Assembly (NCBI RefSeq): GCF_032191835.1 | Contig: NC_083236.1 | Span: 12,772,001-12,836,000, forward strand | Direction: 5' to 3' | Source: Heteronotia binoei | Lineage: Eukaryota | Length of the DNA stretch: 64,000 nt | Shown: piece after piece, positions 1 through 12,957 of the stretch | How the letters are laid out: each line of letters starts with the position of its first letter | How positions within the stretch are numbered: position 1 is the stretch's first letter | Position numbers and translations under genes: made by a program | The notes under the pieces: model-generated | The model's database searches: none | Told to the model about the DNA's origin: nothing | The model's input: the letters and a program-made list of their open reading frames with translations, nothing else

Positions 1-2699
1 AAGGCCTTCCGGAAACAAGCTGGGACTCATTTCAGAGCCTGCTTTCTGATGGTGACAGCAGCAAAGGAGCTCCCACTTCCCTGTCGTGTCTGCACAGGGC
101 TGGCCAGTGCTGCTCTTCGGAGCAGCGAGGAACTTTTTGCACTTCGCTCCCAGGAGGAAGCAACAGATCTCCTGACCAGTTCGCGACGTCCAGCTTGCGA
201 AACCCCATTGCAGATAGAAAATCACTTACGTTCAATTCAAGTTAGACCCCATGTCCGTATGCTCTGAATGTTCCTACAGCTTCCACTTGTCACGTTTGTT
301 TGGACAGTTTTCAATTGGTGCCAACAGAGAATGTGGACGAGATACCTGGAAAGGTTAATGCTGCTGCCTCCCCACACAATCCTTCCCTCTCTTGGGCAGT
401 GAAACCTGACAGAGGACACTGAACCCAAAATATATGGCCAATAATTAATAACTTGGTGCCCCTGGCTTTAGAAGAGACTCTCAGGTTTTTAATTCTAAAA
501 AGACATTCTTGGCTATAAAATCTGCCCTTTTAAGATGAAGATTTGGGAAGTAAGATACCTCCAGGCATTCCTGGATGAAACTGATTTATCTTGACCTAGT
601 TTTGAATCTTAATTCCAGCCAGGTTATGGTACAGAAGCCTTTCTGGTTGCCGTGACGGGGAATGTGGACCTGCCACTGACACTTCTCCTGGACCTTTCCA
701 GCCTTTGATCAGGGGTGACCAAACTGTGGCTTGGGAGTCACATGTGGCTCTTCTACACATATTGTATGGCTCTTGAAGCCCCCACCACTCCGGCCAGCTT
801 GGAGAAGGCATTTCTCTCTTTACATCACATCTCCAAGCCAAGCCAGCGAGCTGCTTGGAGAATGCATTTAAAGTTGATTTCTTTCCACCTCTCCCTCCCT
901 CCTCCCCCATTTATTTGTCTGCCTTCCTCAAACATCTGATGTTTATTCTATGTGGCTCTTATGTTAAGCAACTCTGGACACCTCTGCCTTTGATAATGAT
1001 TTCCTTAGCCCATGATGGGTCTAGACCAGGGGTCCTCAAACTACGGCCCGCTGAGGACGTTTATGCGGCCTGCCAGGTTATGGCAAAATCAGACCGGAAG
1101 TGACGTTCGACCTAAACTCGCGTTAGCAACGCACACTTCCGGCACTTGGCTGAGGCGGCGGAGACAGAGTGTGAGGTGATACCGAAGTGAGGTGAGTTCC
1201 CAGGCCGGGGTGTGGGGAAGGGAGAGAGATGCAGAAGACGGAGAACTGACGGTAGGGATGTGCATTCGGCTTGGCCGAGCCGAAAATACAGCCGAATCAA
1301 CGCTGATTCGGCTGTATTCGGCATTGCCCGCAGCCGAATGCCCTTGCCGCCAAAAATGCGGCTCCCGAATGCGGCTCGCCATATTCTCCCGAACCGCTAT
1401 TCGGGAGAATACGGTACGGCTGTCAAAAGGCTGTTGTCAATGTAAAATTCCATAGAAAAGGCGGGAAGCGGATTCTGCAGCCTCAATGGAGCTGCTTGCT
1501 TAGCTTCCCGCCTTTAGTGCCCTCTTCCCGCCTCTCCTATAGCCTCCCTGGGGCCAGGGAGGGGGGGAGGGGGAAGAGGAGCCCCAGCAGCCAATCCAAA
1601 GCATGCATTTGCAAAATGCATTGCAAATGCATGCTTTGCAGGGCTGTTGTTGTGTACTGTGTATGTATGTGTAGCTGATGGCCCAGCCATCAGCTACATT
1701 GTTATTTTGATCTTTTGCTTACTTGGGTATCCAAGTAAGCAATGTTCTCTGGCCAATCAGAGAGAGCAGTGCTATTTTTTGAAATTGCTCTCTGTAGGGC
1801 CAGAGAACCTTTTTAAGGAGTCTTCCTGCTGGACTCCTCCATTGCTGTGTTGGTGTATGTGGTGTGGGTTGGTGTGAGAGAGATTGTGCTGCTGCTGGTG
1901 GCTGGCCCTTGGCTTCAGCTCCTGCCTGCTGCTCTCTCACTGCCTTACCAGAGACCTCCCTGGACTCAGAGAATACAAGGTAAGACAGTTTTGGGGTTCT
2001 TGTTTTAGTTTTTGTTGGTAAAAGGACTAGAGTCCCTTTACTTGTTCAGATTTGGGTGGGTGAGTGCTGGGTGGGTAGGGTAGCCTATTTAGGGTTGAGG
2101 TTAGGTTCTGCTGGGGGTGGGGGGGCCTGGGGTGGGGTGGTTTTGCTAATTTGCCCATATCTTAATTTAGTGAGAGGACTTTTTAAAGTGCAGTGTCCTT
2201 TTACTTCTCCTGATTTGGGTGGCTTGGATTTCTTGGGGTTAGGGTGAAGGGTTTTTTTGGGGGGGGAGGGGGAGTTCCTGCATTATTAAAAGTTGAGTTT
2301 TTTACTGTTTCATTGTTTGATTTGTTGCTGCTGTGTTGTGTTGCTGCTGTGTTACTTTTATCTTTAGGTTATTGGGGGGGTGCTGTTTGGCCTAATTTTC
2401 ATTGTTTTGTCCCCCTTTTCTGGTTCTGGTTTTAGGGGTGGGGGTGTTGTTGTTGACTGATTTGGCCTGAGTTTTCTTATTGGTGAAAGGCCACTTTTTA
2501 AAATCTTGAGTTGCTTTGCTTGGCCTTTTTTTCCTGTTGTCACTTTCTTGGTGTGGGGTTGGGGGGGCTGGGGGGGGGGTTGTTGACTGATTTGGCCAGG
2601 ACCAGCCAACCATCCATCACTCAAGGTAAGTCAAAATGCTTCTTGCTTTGTGTTGCAGAATGATGTTGAGCTAGGTGTGGTGGTCCACCACTTCTCTTG

Positions 2700-3045
2700 T
2701 TTGAGAGACTAGAGTTGTGTTGTTTGGGGCAGGGAAGCTGGCACCTGGGTGAGAGACCCAGAGGCAGCAGGCTTTTTGTGGTTGGCCAGCTCTCCCCGTG
2801 TTGTTCGGGGCAGGGCTGGAGAGCTGGCACCTGGGTGAGAGACCCAGAGGCAGCAGGCTTTTTGTGGTTTGCCAGCTCTCCCCGTATTGTTCGGGGCAGG
2901 GCTGGAGAGCTGGCACCTGTAGATTGTGTTGTTTGGGGCAGGGAAGCTGGCACCTGGGTGAGAGACCCAGAGGCAGCAGGCTTTTTGTGGTTTGCCAGCT
3001 CTCCCCGTGTTGTTTGGGGCAGGGCTGGAGAGCTGGCATCTGGGT
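2700..3045. repeat. Complex tandem repeats inside the hAT element
   Basis: Repeated modules ggggcagggaagctggcacctgggtgagagacccagaggcagcaggctttttgtgg and ggggcagggctggagagctggca. Confidence 0.85.
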
Positions 3046-3632
3046 TTGCTGCAGCCAGGTCTGCAGAGCAGACCTTGAGCAGATTGTGTTTTGTACTGCC
3101 ACGACGTTGGCAACTGGGTTTTTATTGGTGCCAGGCCTGCAGGGTTCATAGATTAGATAGAGGGATGTAGTGCATTTGGGGCCTATAGAGATTCTCTGGT
3201 GTGAAGTTAGGTTTGGCTTTGGGTGCCCCAGGAATTGGACCCCCTGGTCCAATTTTTTTTTGGCCTTGTGGGTTTTGTGTGGGACAGTCCCCTGAAGCTG
3301 CACAGCAGTTTGGGGGGCTCTCCTCAAAACCTCCTGCTCCCCAGAGCCACTTTTCCCATGACAATTGCAGTGAGGAAGTGGCTCTAATTGGTTTTTTCTC
3401 ACCATTGGGAGCAGTGTTCCTTTTGGGGTGCCCACAATGGGTGCTGTCTTTTGGGGCCAGGGGGGTTGCATGCTGGGGAGTCCCCTGAAGCTGCCCTGCA
3501 GTTTTGGGGCCTCTCCCTCAAACCCCCCTCTGGCCAGAGCCACTTTCCCCACAGCAATTGTAGTGGAGGAAGTGGCTAATTGGGCTTTCCCCATCATTGT
3601 TGGCAATGGGCCTTTTGGGGAGCCCAAAGACA

Positions 3633-4197
3633 GGGACCCCCTGGCCCAATTTTTTTGGGACTTGGGGGGGTTGTAGGGGAGAGTCCCCTGCAGGTCCCCG
3701 ACAAATTTGGGGGCTCTCCCTCAAACCCCCTCCCCTCCAGGCGGCTTCAATTATACCCTATTTGCCATTGATTTCAATGGCCCATAGGGTATAATGATGG
3801 AATAGGGGCACCCTCTTTGGGTGCCCCTGGAATGGGACCCCCTGGCCCAATCTTTTTGGGACTTGGGGGGGTTGTAGGGGAGAGTCCCCTGCAAGTCCCC
3901 TGCAAATTTGGGGGCTCTCCCTCAAACCCCCTCCCCTCCAGGCGGCTTCAATTATACCCTATTTGCCATTGATTTCAATGGCCCATAGGGTATAATGATG
4001 GAATAGGGGCACCCTCTTTGGGTGCCCCTGGAATGGGACCCCCTGGCCCAATCTTTTTGGGACTTGGGGGAGTTGTAGGGGAGAGTCCCCTGCAGGTCCC
4101 CTGCAAATTTGGGGGCTCTCCCTCAAACCCCCTCCCCTCCAGGCGGCTTCAAATATACCCTATTTGCCATTGATTTCAATGGCCCATAGGGTATAAT
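3633..4197. repeat. About 3 copies of a 201-bp tandem repeat inside the hAT element
   Basis: gggaccccctggcccaat recurs at 3633, 3834 and 4035; units are near-identical. Confidence 0.9.
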
Positions 4198-4908
4198 AGG
4201 GCCGTATATTCGGAAATAGCCGCGCATTACCGTATATGCGGCTATTCCGAATACGGCATTCAGCAGTACAGGGGGAATCCGAAATTTTTTTCCCCATGTA
4301 CTTCCGAATCCGTGCACTTCCGAATTTTTTTTTTTTTGCACATCCCTAACTGACGGCCCACGGCCTTGTACAGTAACGGCAGTCCGGCCCTCCAACAGTC
4401 TGAGGGACAGTGAACTGGCCCCCTATTTTAAAAGTTTGAGGGCCCCTGGTCTAGACAGTACTGTTTTGGGATAGCTAAAGCCAGTTTTGGGAAGGGACAT
4501 CATGGCTCAGTTGTAGATGGCTTTGTGTTCAGAAGGCCCCCAGTTCAACCCCCTCAACTCCAGTAAAAAAGATCAGGGAGGAGGTGATGTGAAAGGCCTC
4601 CATCTGAGACCTTAGAAAGCAGCAGCTGACCTTGAAAGATCAATGGTCTGGCTCAATATAAGGCAGCCTGAAGTGTTCCTGGAGGTGACACTAGAGGACT
4701 TCCCTTCTCCCTCTTAGCAATTAGTCTTTCAGGCATGATAAGATTCCACCTAAGATTCCACATAGATGTTCCTTCTGACGTCTATGTGAAACCACGGGGA
4801 GAGATCAATAACATTTTGCTCCAGATCCTTGAATGATATGCAGATGATGCCCAGCTCTCTCCTGCTCCTTTCCCATTTAATTCCAGAAAGGTGGTGGAAA
4901 CCCTAAAT

Positions 4909-5507
4909 CAGGGGTGACAAACATGAGGCCCAGGGGCCAAATCAGGCCGCCCCCACAAGGGCTCCTATCAGGCCCCCAAGCAACTGGCTGTCATCTGCTT
5001 CCTTCTCCCTCTCTCTTACTTCCTTCTGCATAACAGCTTGCTTTGCCAGGCTTGCTCAATTGCACAGGAGCTACAGAGCAAAGCCTCTATTTTCTCCATT
5101 GGCTAAGGCTCCTCTCTTGGGGAAGAAGTGTGTGTGGGGGGGAAGGATAGCTTGCTTTGCCAGGCTGTCTCAATCGTACAGCACAGCTACTGAGCCAAGC
5201 CTCTCTTCCTTCTATTGGCTGAGGCTCCTCCTGCTCCCCTGAGGAAGGAAGAAAAGAGCCAGAGCTTCCTTTACCCAGTTCCCTGGATCCCATGAGAGAA
5301 ATACAAAGAAATTGCCTTTAAAACCAAGTGCTAATGTTTTAAGTGTTTTTTTTAAATCTGTAATTGTGTTTGTGTCCTTTATAAAGTTTGGGTCTCTGCT
5401 ACCTAATCTTAAATAGGTACACACATGGCCCGGTCCAACATGGCCTGGCCCAACAAGGTCTCATTTATGTCAGATTTGGCCCTCATAATAAATGTTCAAC
5501 ACCCCTG
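4909..5507. mobile_element. hAT MITE (about 600 bp)
   Basis: CAGGGGTGACAAAC ... GTTCAACACCCCTG; perfect 8-bp TSD CCCTAAAT at 4901-4908 and 5508-5515. Confidence 0.88.
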
Positions 5508-5814
5508 CCCTAAATAGTGTAGAGAACAGAACTGCGAATCATTTAAGCCCTTGAAGAAGACAGCCAGATATCCCATGACTACTATTGTCCTCTCAAAGTC
5601 AACGTAAAATCATAGCATTACACAAGCACGGTGCAATGGTTAAAGATTTGGTCTAAAAGACTTGGGTTTAAATCCCCACTCTGCCCTGGAAGCCTGCTAG
5701 GTGACCTTGGGCCACTGGCAGATCCTCAGCCTAACTCACCTCAGAGGTACATTGTGAGGATAAAATGGTGGAGAGAAGAACTATGTGAGCCGTCTTGGTT
5801 GCCTTTTAGCAAGA

Positions 5815-6104
5815 AGGAAAGGAAAGGTCCCCTGTGCAAGCACCAGTCGTTTCCGACTCTGGGGTGACATTGCTTTCACAACGTTTTTTACGGGGTGGTT
5901 TGCCATTGCCTTTCCCAGTCATCCACACTTCCTCCCGCAGCAAGCTGGGGCCTCATTTTACCGACCTCGGAAGGATGGAAGGCTGAGTCAACCTTGGGCC
6001 GGCTACCTGAATCCAGCTTCCGCCGGAATCGAACTCAGGTCGTGAGCAGAGAGTTCAGACCACAGTACTGCACTACTGCTGCTTTACCACTCTGCACCAC
6101 GGGG
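5815..6104 (-). mobile_element. Sauria-type SINE
   Basis: Body gctgagtcaaccttg.gccggctacctga, tRNA-like head at the right end, BovB-like ggcaatggcaaacc tail; five copies in the window. Confidence 0.8.
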
Positions 6105-6289
6105 TCACTTTTTGGCAAGAAAGGTGGGGGTAAATGAAATGAATGACTTGATTAAGAAATCCCATTTTGAAAAAGAAGTTATTTCAGAACACAGACATTC
6201 CTACCAGCATATCAGATAAATTAACTGCTCAGAAAGGAATCAGACAAGAGATCTAGGGGTGGAAATGGAAACTCAAATGCAAACCTCAG

Positions 6290-6750
6290 CCCACATAAGT
6301 AAAAATCTTTCCATTCCTAATCTAAGCAAAGATCTAATTTCAATATTATTGGTAGCTGCCAAAACTTCTCTGGCTCGCCTCTGGAAGCCACCATCTATCC
6401 CTTCATTTAGACAACAGCTCCAAATAAAATTGGGGAATTCTAGCTATGGATAAAATATCTGATCATATTTCAGCAAATGAAAACTCCTCATTTAGTTCAT
6501 ATTTCCTGGGAAAATGGCTTCTCTTTTTTGAGTTCATAGAAAATTAAAAACTGGCTTTCTAACAAGTATTGATGCTTGACATTGTATTGCTGTATTAATT
6601 TTTCACCAACCTCTCCCCACCAAGTTATTGTTCTTATGCTACAGTTTATTATGTTATGGTTATTTATATTTTATTATCTGATTACCATTGTATTGTCTGA
6701 TCATTTATACTTACCTTTGTTGTATGCCTATTTAATAATAAAATAGTTTG
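6290..6750 (+). mobile_element. Degraded L1-clade 3' fragment
   Basis: ILLVAAKTSLARLWK resembles the L1 ORF2 C-terminus, followed by an AT-rich 3' UTR and an A-rich end. Confidence 0.5.
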
Positions 6751-8379
6751 TTTGGTTTTTTTTCAAATGATGGATTGTAAATACACCACAGCTGGAAACC
6801 TGGGCAGCCTCACCCAGACTTTCTGCAGATTCATTTGAAATGTAACAAAATCAGGAAATATTTATCTGAATTATATAGAGCCTGCTGAAAATTCTGTCCT
6901 AGGGAACCCTCAATATGTTTTGCTGAATTATCTTGAAGGTTTGATAGAGGAAGTGGATTTATAAGCAGTCGTAAATCTGCTTACAGATGCCCGAATGACT
7001 CCCTCCTTCCATTGGGGAAAGTATGAGGATAATCTCTCCCATTCGGGAATCGTTTTCAGATCTGGGATGCAGCCATAATGACAAAACATATTTACCTTAC
7101 AAAGGCGAGAAAAGGTTGCATTACAGAACATGTGTTTGTTCAAAAGCGGTCCACTTTAATTGCATTTTGGAACAACATATTCCAAGATGACATATGGCCA
7201 CATGCCCTGTTGGCAACAATTTCACAATGTTTTCTGACATTTTAAATCTTGGTTTTATGATGGCCAAGACAAGGTCTCGGAAGCTTTGCCTTCATTCGAG
7301 CTTCCTACAGCACTTTATCCGTTAGGAATGTTTAGATCGTTCTATGTCTTCCACAACATTTTTAATAGCAGAATCCCTGAGAAGACTACAACAGCAACCA
7401 ATCAGCAGTCTTTGTCAGGTTCTGTGTGTCTCGGTGTTCTCACTTGTATTAATATTTATGAGTTACTAACACATTATATCCTATTTGCTTAATTGTTCTG
7501 AAGTGTACACTAGCGTTATTGAGCCCCTTTTCACATTACCGTTCTAAACTGAATGTTATTTGTTGTTGGCCCAGTTTTGAGTAAAGCAATACAAAGACAA
7601 GAATTTCATACAGTGTATTTCCTTCTGTTAATGAGCCGTCTCTGAAATGCTATGGTCATTTCAAACACTGCTGCTTTTTTTCTCTGCCCTTTTCCACTGT
7701 GCAATCTTCCTTGGACTTTTTCAAAAATGTTCAAAGGTGAGCACTTTAGCACTATATAGTGGCACCATAGAGCTGCATTGATTCAGTAGCACTGCAGAAG
7801 TCACTTAAGAATGCTTTTTTAAAAGTCTGAGGAAGTCTGTGAGGCAAAAAAGGGCAGGGGGAAGCAGCATTGCGGGAAGCGCTGTGGACATTTTAAACAC
7901 CACACCACAGCGATTCAGAGGCACAACAAAGGAGCTGAAAATGGGGGGGAAGCAGTTTCCCTCTAAAGCAGCTCAACCACACTTTGCTAACCCAACACAA
8001 GTGGGTTTGTATGAACAGGTAAATAAATAAACAAAGCAGCCAGTTACTGAAACGGGACTCTGTCAGAAGCGACAGAAAAAATCCATTTGCAACCAGTTAC
8101 TAAAACGGAATACAACGGCAGTTTGAAAAGGGTCTTAAGGTTTCAGTAATGCCGTATTGACTTTCATGCGTGTTCTATTTTAAGTTATCTTTCCCTCTAA
8201 AAGAAAAAGTGAGGCTGACCCTATTCCATACCTTTTTAAGGTGACGTGGAACCTGTTGTCAGTGCAGGGTTCCCAACATCCAGGGTGAGGCTGGAGATCT
8301 CCTGGGATTACAACTGATCTCAAAGCAAGAAAGTGGCTCTTTCCCAGATGACCCCCCCACCAGGTTACTCGGTCTTTCA

Positions 8380-11210
8380 TCAATCACGGACTAGCAGGCG
8401 GGGGGGAGGGGTGGCATTATTCATACGGTAGGGTTACTCCTTCCGGGCTCTCCCGGCCCCAACAATCGAGGGTATTGAATGTGCTGGTCTAGACTGGGAT
8501 GTCAGAGAGGGATTGGCGATCTGGCTGGTGTACCGTCCGCCTAACGCACCAGCCAGCGCCTTACCATCCATGATGGAGGCGGTGGCAGGCTGGGCGTTGG
8601 AGGACCCAGGGCTTATGGTCCTGGGTGATTTCAACGTCCACGCTGATGACGTGGCCTCCAATCAGGTGATGGATCTGGTGTCGTCCATGGCGACTCTGGG
8701 ATTCTCTCAATTTGTCACGATGCCCACGCATCAGGCTGGACACACGTTAGACCTGATCTTTGCGTCCGGGATTTTGGTGAACGATATCGCGGTAGAAGCG
8801 GTCCCATGGTCGGATCACCTAGCCCTCAAGGCCCGTATGGAGACACCGCCTCAACCCTGTATGGGCGGAGAGCCTATTTTGGCTCGCCCGCGGAGCCTAA
8901 TGGACCCGGAACGGTTCCAAATGGCCCTGCGGGATCCCTGGCCCCCTGGCGATTCCCTTGATGACCTGGTGGAGGCCTGGCAAAACCAGATATCCAGGGC
9001 AATCAACAAGATCGCACCTTGACATCCTCTACGCCCTCGTGTGAGGCTGGTGCCATGGTACACCTTGGAGTTACGCCAGCTGAAACAAGGGCTTAGACGA
9101 CTAGAGAGGCAGTGGCGGCATACTCGTGACGAAGCGACGAGAACATCCTATAGATCGTTTATGAGGTCTTATGAGATGGCAGTCAAGGCCACGAAGAAAG
9201 CTTACTTTGCAGCCAGGATTGCGTCTGCAAATTCACGCCCAGCTCAATTGTTTAGAATAATTGGAAGTCTTATTACACTGCCTCAAGGCAGACCAAATGT
9301 GAGGGAATTAAAGATAGGCTGCAAGGCTTTCGCGAAATATTTTGCAGATAAAATCACGTCGCTCCGCCAGGACCTGCCTATCACTTTGCATACAGTACAG
9401 GAACTTGAGGCTCCATGCCTGTCTTCCGATTTCGTTCTGGATCGCTTTGACCCACTCAGCCTGGAGGAAGTCGACGGAATTCTCTCTTCTGCACGCCCAA
9501 CAACTTGTGATTTGGACCCTTGCCCCTCCTGGCTGATTAAATCCTGCCAAAGGGATCTTAGATGTCCTTTACGGGACATCATAAATAGATCCCTTTCCGA
9601 GGGGCGCTTTCCAGCACCTTTGAAAGAGGCTATGGTCCGCCCCCTCTTGAAAAAAAGTACAGCAGACCCGGCCAAATTGGCAAATTACTGACCGGTCTCT
9701 AATTTACCGTTTCTTGGTAAAATTATTGAGAGGGCAGTGGCGTTGCAGGGTTTTCTGGATGACGCTTCCATCCTAGACCCTTGCCAGTCCGGCTTTCGCC
9801 CAGGTCATGGGACGGAGACAGTGCTGGTCGCCTTGGTAGATGACCTCCAGCGGCATCTGGACCGAGGCAGCGTGGCGGTGCTGATGTTATTAGAACTGTC
9901 AGCCGCATTCGATACGGTCGACCATCGACTACTGACCCGCTACCTCGATGACATAGGGTTGGGGGGCTAGCCCTACAATGGCTTTCCTTGTTCCTCAAGG
10001 GTCGGGGACAAAGGGTGGCAATCGGGGGTGAGCTGTCCCAGAGGCACACACTAGATTGTGGGGTGCCGCAGGGAGCAGTTCTCTCCCCAATGCTATTTAA
10101 CATCTATGTGAGCCCCCGTGCCCAGATTGCCCGGAGGTACGGGCTTGGGTGTCACCAATATGCAGATGACACCCAGCTCTAACTGCTAATGGATGGCCGG
10201 CCTGACTGCGTTCCAGAGAATTTGGACCTGGCATTGCAGGCCGTGGCAACTTGGCTTAGGCTGAGTGGGCTGAAGCTGGACCCAATGAAGACAGAGGTCC
10301 TCTGCGTGGGTCGTGGCGTCCTAGGGAGGGAAATACCTCTCCCGGTTTTTGACGGTGTGCCTCTGAAAGCGGCGCACCGGGTCAAGAGCTTGGGAGTCCT
10401 ACTGGAGCCTTCATTATCAATGGAGGCCCAGATAGCAGCCACTGCCAAGTCAGCGTTTTTCCACCTGAAGCAGGCAAGGCAGTTGGCTCCCTTCCTGGAG
10501 CGCCGAGACCTAGCAACAGTGATCCATGCAACGGTCACCTCAAGATTGGATTACTGTAATGCCCTCTACATGGGGCTGCCTCTGTGCCGAACCCGGAGGT
10601 TGCAGCTGGTGCAGAACGCGGCGGCTAGGCTGATATTGGGGCTCCCGAAATGGGAGCACATACAGCCGGGGCTACGCGAACTGCACTGGTTGCATTACTT
10701 ACCGGGTTCGTTACAAAGTGCTGGTTATTACCTTTAAAGCCCTATATGGCCGAGGACCTGCCTACCTGAGGGACCGTCTCTCCCCATACGAACCCCAGAG
10801 AGCACTGAGGTCAGCAGGGAAGAACCAGCTGACTATCCCTGGACCAAAGGAGGCCAAACTTCAAAATACCCGTACACGGGCCTTCTCCATCGCAGCTCCA
10901 CACCTATGGAACCAGCTTCCGGAAGAAGTGCGAGCCCTGCGGTGCCTTGACCAGTTCCACAGAGCCTGCAAGACCACCCTTTTCAGGATGGCCTTTGCTG
11001 GCTGAGAGATAGTTGTTGGGTGACTTTCGCTACTATTATTTTATAATGGAATTAGCACCTGGAAATCTGTGTTGTATTTGGTTAATTGGAATGTTTTAAA
11101 GCTAATGTGATTTTAAACTTTGTATAACTATATGAAAATGTTGTTAGCCGCCCTGAGCCTGCCTCGGCGGGGAGGGCGGGATATAAATAATTTTTATTTT
11201 ATTTTATTAT
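8380..11210 (+). mobile_element. 5'-truncated, degraded L2-clade LINE (endonuclease and reverse transcriptase)
   Basis: RGGGVA, VYRPP and LGDFNVH endonuclease motifs; QSGFRPGH, GVPQGAVLSP and YADDTQL RT motifs; RAFSIAAPHLWNQLP C-terminus; gccgccctgagcc...gggcgggatataaat tail; several stops and frameshifts. Confidence 0.93.
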
Positions 11211-11506
11211 CCACCTGAAGAAAATGTCTGGACAGTAGACTTTATGGCATTATACACTGTTTTAGTTCTTCCCTTCCCCAAACCTGCCTTTCCTCAGGCT
11301 CAACTCCCAAACCCTCCAGAATTTCTCAACCCAGAGATGGAGTCCTTATGTCAGCACTGAGTAGCAACCGCTATTGGTGGCCTGTGCGCTCCATAATGGA
11401 TTGCATTTGAAAATAACACAATCTATACTGCCTTTATCTTGATGTTGTAAAAGCAGAAAATTAAATTTTGTGATGTCTTCAGGATACCAAAAACCAGAGT
11501 AACTTA

Positions 11507-11814
11507 GGAAAAGGAAAGGAAAGATCCCCTGTGCAAGCACCAGTCGTTTCCGACTCTGGGGTGACGTTGCTTTCACAACATTTTCACAGCAGACTTTTTA
11601 TGGGGTGGTTTTCCATTGCCTTCCTCAGTCTTTTACACTTTCCCCCCAGCAAGCTGGGTACTCATTTTACCAACCTAGGAAGGATGGAAGGCTGACTCAA
11701 CCTTGGGCCGGCTACCTGAATCCAGCTTCCGCCGGAATCAAACTCAGGTCATGAGCTGAGAGTTCAGACCACAGTACTGCAGTACCGCTGCTTTACCACT
11801 CTGTGTCACGGGGC
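11507..11814 (-). mobile_element. Sauria-type SINE (inside the duplicated block)
   Basis: Same family as 5815-6104. Confidence 0.8.
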
Positions 11815-11965
11815 CTTAACTTAAGGCAATCACAAAACAAAACTTCAAACTCAAGGCTGGATCCAAAGCTGCCATTTTGCTATTTTTGCCAGTTTCCTCA
11901 TCTTGGTGAAGATCCCATTCTGTTCCAGAAGGTTCTGTAACTTCCTTGAGCAGAATGGGGGAGGG

Positions 11966-12158
11966 NNNNNNNNNNNNNNNNNNNNNNNNNNNNNNNNNNN
12001 NNNNNNNNNNNNNNNNNNNNNNNNNNNNNNNNNNNNNNNNNNNNNNNNNNNNNNNNNNNNNNNNNNNNNNNNNNNNNNNNNNNNNNNNNNNNNNNNNNNN
12101 NNNNNNNNNNNNNNNNNNNNNNNNNNNNNNNNNNNNNNNNNNNNNNNNNNNNNNNNNN
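11966..12158. other. N-run (others at 26867-27032, 35118-35266, 36866-37149, 46893-47083)
   Basis: Read directly from the sequence. Confidence 0.95.
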
Positions 12159-12957
12159 TATCTACTGCTGGTGCTTTAGACCCAATCCACACATTTTATT
12201 AAAACATTGGTAGAGGTCAGTAACTGGAGACATGCTCCACTCTGTGCACAGGGGAATAGTGGGAAGCCAAGGGACATGGAGGACAAGGAAGCTCAGAGCC
12301 AAGGAGAAGCTGCCAGTCAAGGAGAGCGAAAAGAAAGAAGACGGCCAAGAGAGCAAATATCCTCCCTCCATCCAGAGCTCACACAACTCCTCTCCATTAC
12401 TGACCTACTCCTGTGACAGGCAAGAAGGAAGAGAGCATTTCCTGTGGTGGACAATCCCTCTCTTTTCTAGCAATCCCTCTCTCCAGTTTCCCCAGCTTCC
12501 TGGATCTGTGCTCTTCACCCCTCTATGTGGGGTGTGGTTGTACCCACTGTTCTTTTGGTTGATATCTTGGGAAGCCCGGAGCCAAAACCCTACGTAGCAG
12601 TGCACATCTCATGTGGAAACAGCAGTCGGCTTCCTCCACAACCACATCATCCCCCTTGGTCTAGCAGAATTCCTAGGGATGCCAGCCTCCAGCTGGGGCC
12701 AGGGGGTCTCCTGAAATTACACATCATTTCCAGACCACAGAGATCAGGTCCCCTGAAGAAAATCGATACTTTGGAGGGCGGACTCTATGGAATTGTACCC
12801 CACCGAGGTCTCTGTCCTTCTCAGGCTCCACTTCTAAACCTCCAGGGGTTTCTCAACCTGGAGCTGGCAATCCTACCCCCCCCCCCCGCATCCCCCACCA
12901 CTGGTCTGTGGTACGTGGTAACCCTGCAAGGGGAACTGCACACTGACAGATACTATT

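Larger units (their letters stand above)
1253..4348. mobile_element. 3.1-kb non-autonomous hAT element
   Basis: TIRs TAGGGATGTGCA ... TGCACATCCCTA; perfect 8-bp TSD ACTGACGG at 1245-1252 and 4349-4356; subterminal CCGAAT/ATTCGG repeats at both ends; no transposase ORF seen. Confidence 0.92.
1027..4448. mobile_element. hAT-Charlie-type MITE split by a nested hAT element
   Basis: Ends CAGGGGTCCTCAAAC ... GTTTGAGGGCCCCTG; perfect 8-bp TSD GTCTAGAC at 1019-1026 and 4449-4456, matching the NTCTAGAN preference known for Charlie elements. Confidence 0.9.
9567..12957 (+). repeat. Donor arm of a 3.39-kb inverted duplication (partner 46090-49480)
   Basis: The reverse complement matches 46090-49480 through L2, SINE and unique sequence, including the position of the N-run. 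Confidence 0.95.

Noticed and set aside
2671-3627. 318-aa minus-strand ORF inside the hAT element as a transposase
   Set aside because: It is built from internal tandem repeats and has no BED finger, DDE or hAT dimerisation motif.
8513-11005. Intact autonomous LINE
   Set aside because: ORF2 is broken by several stops and frameshifts, and the element is 5'-truncated.
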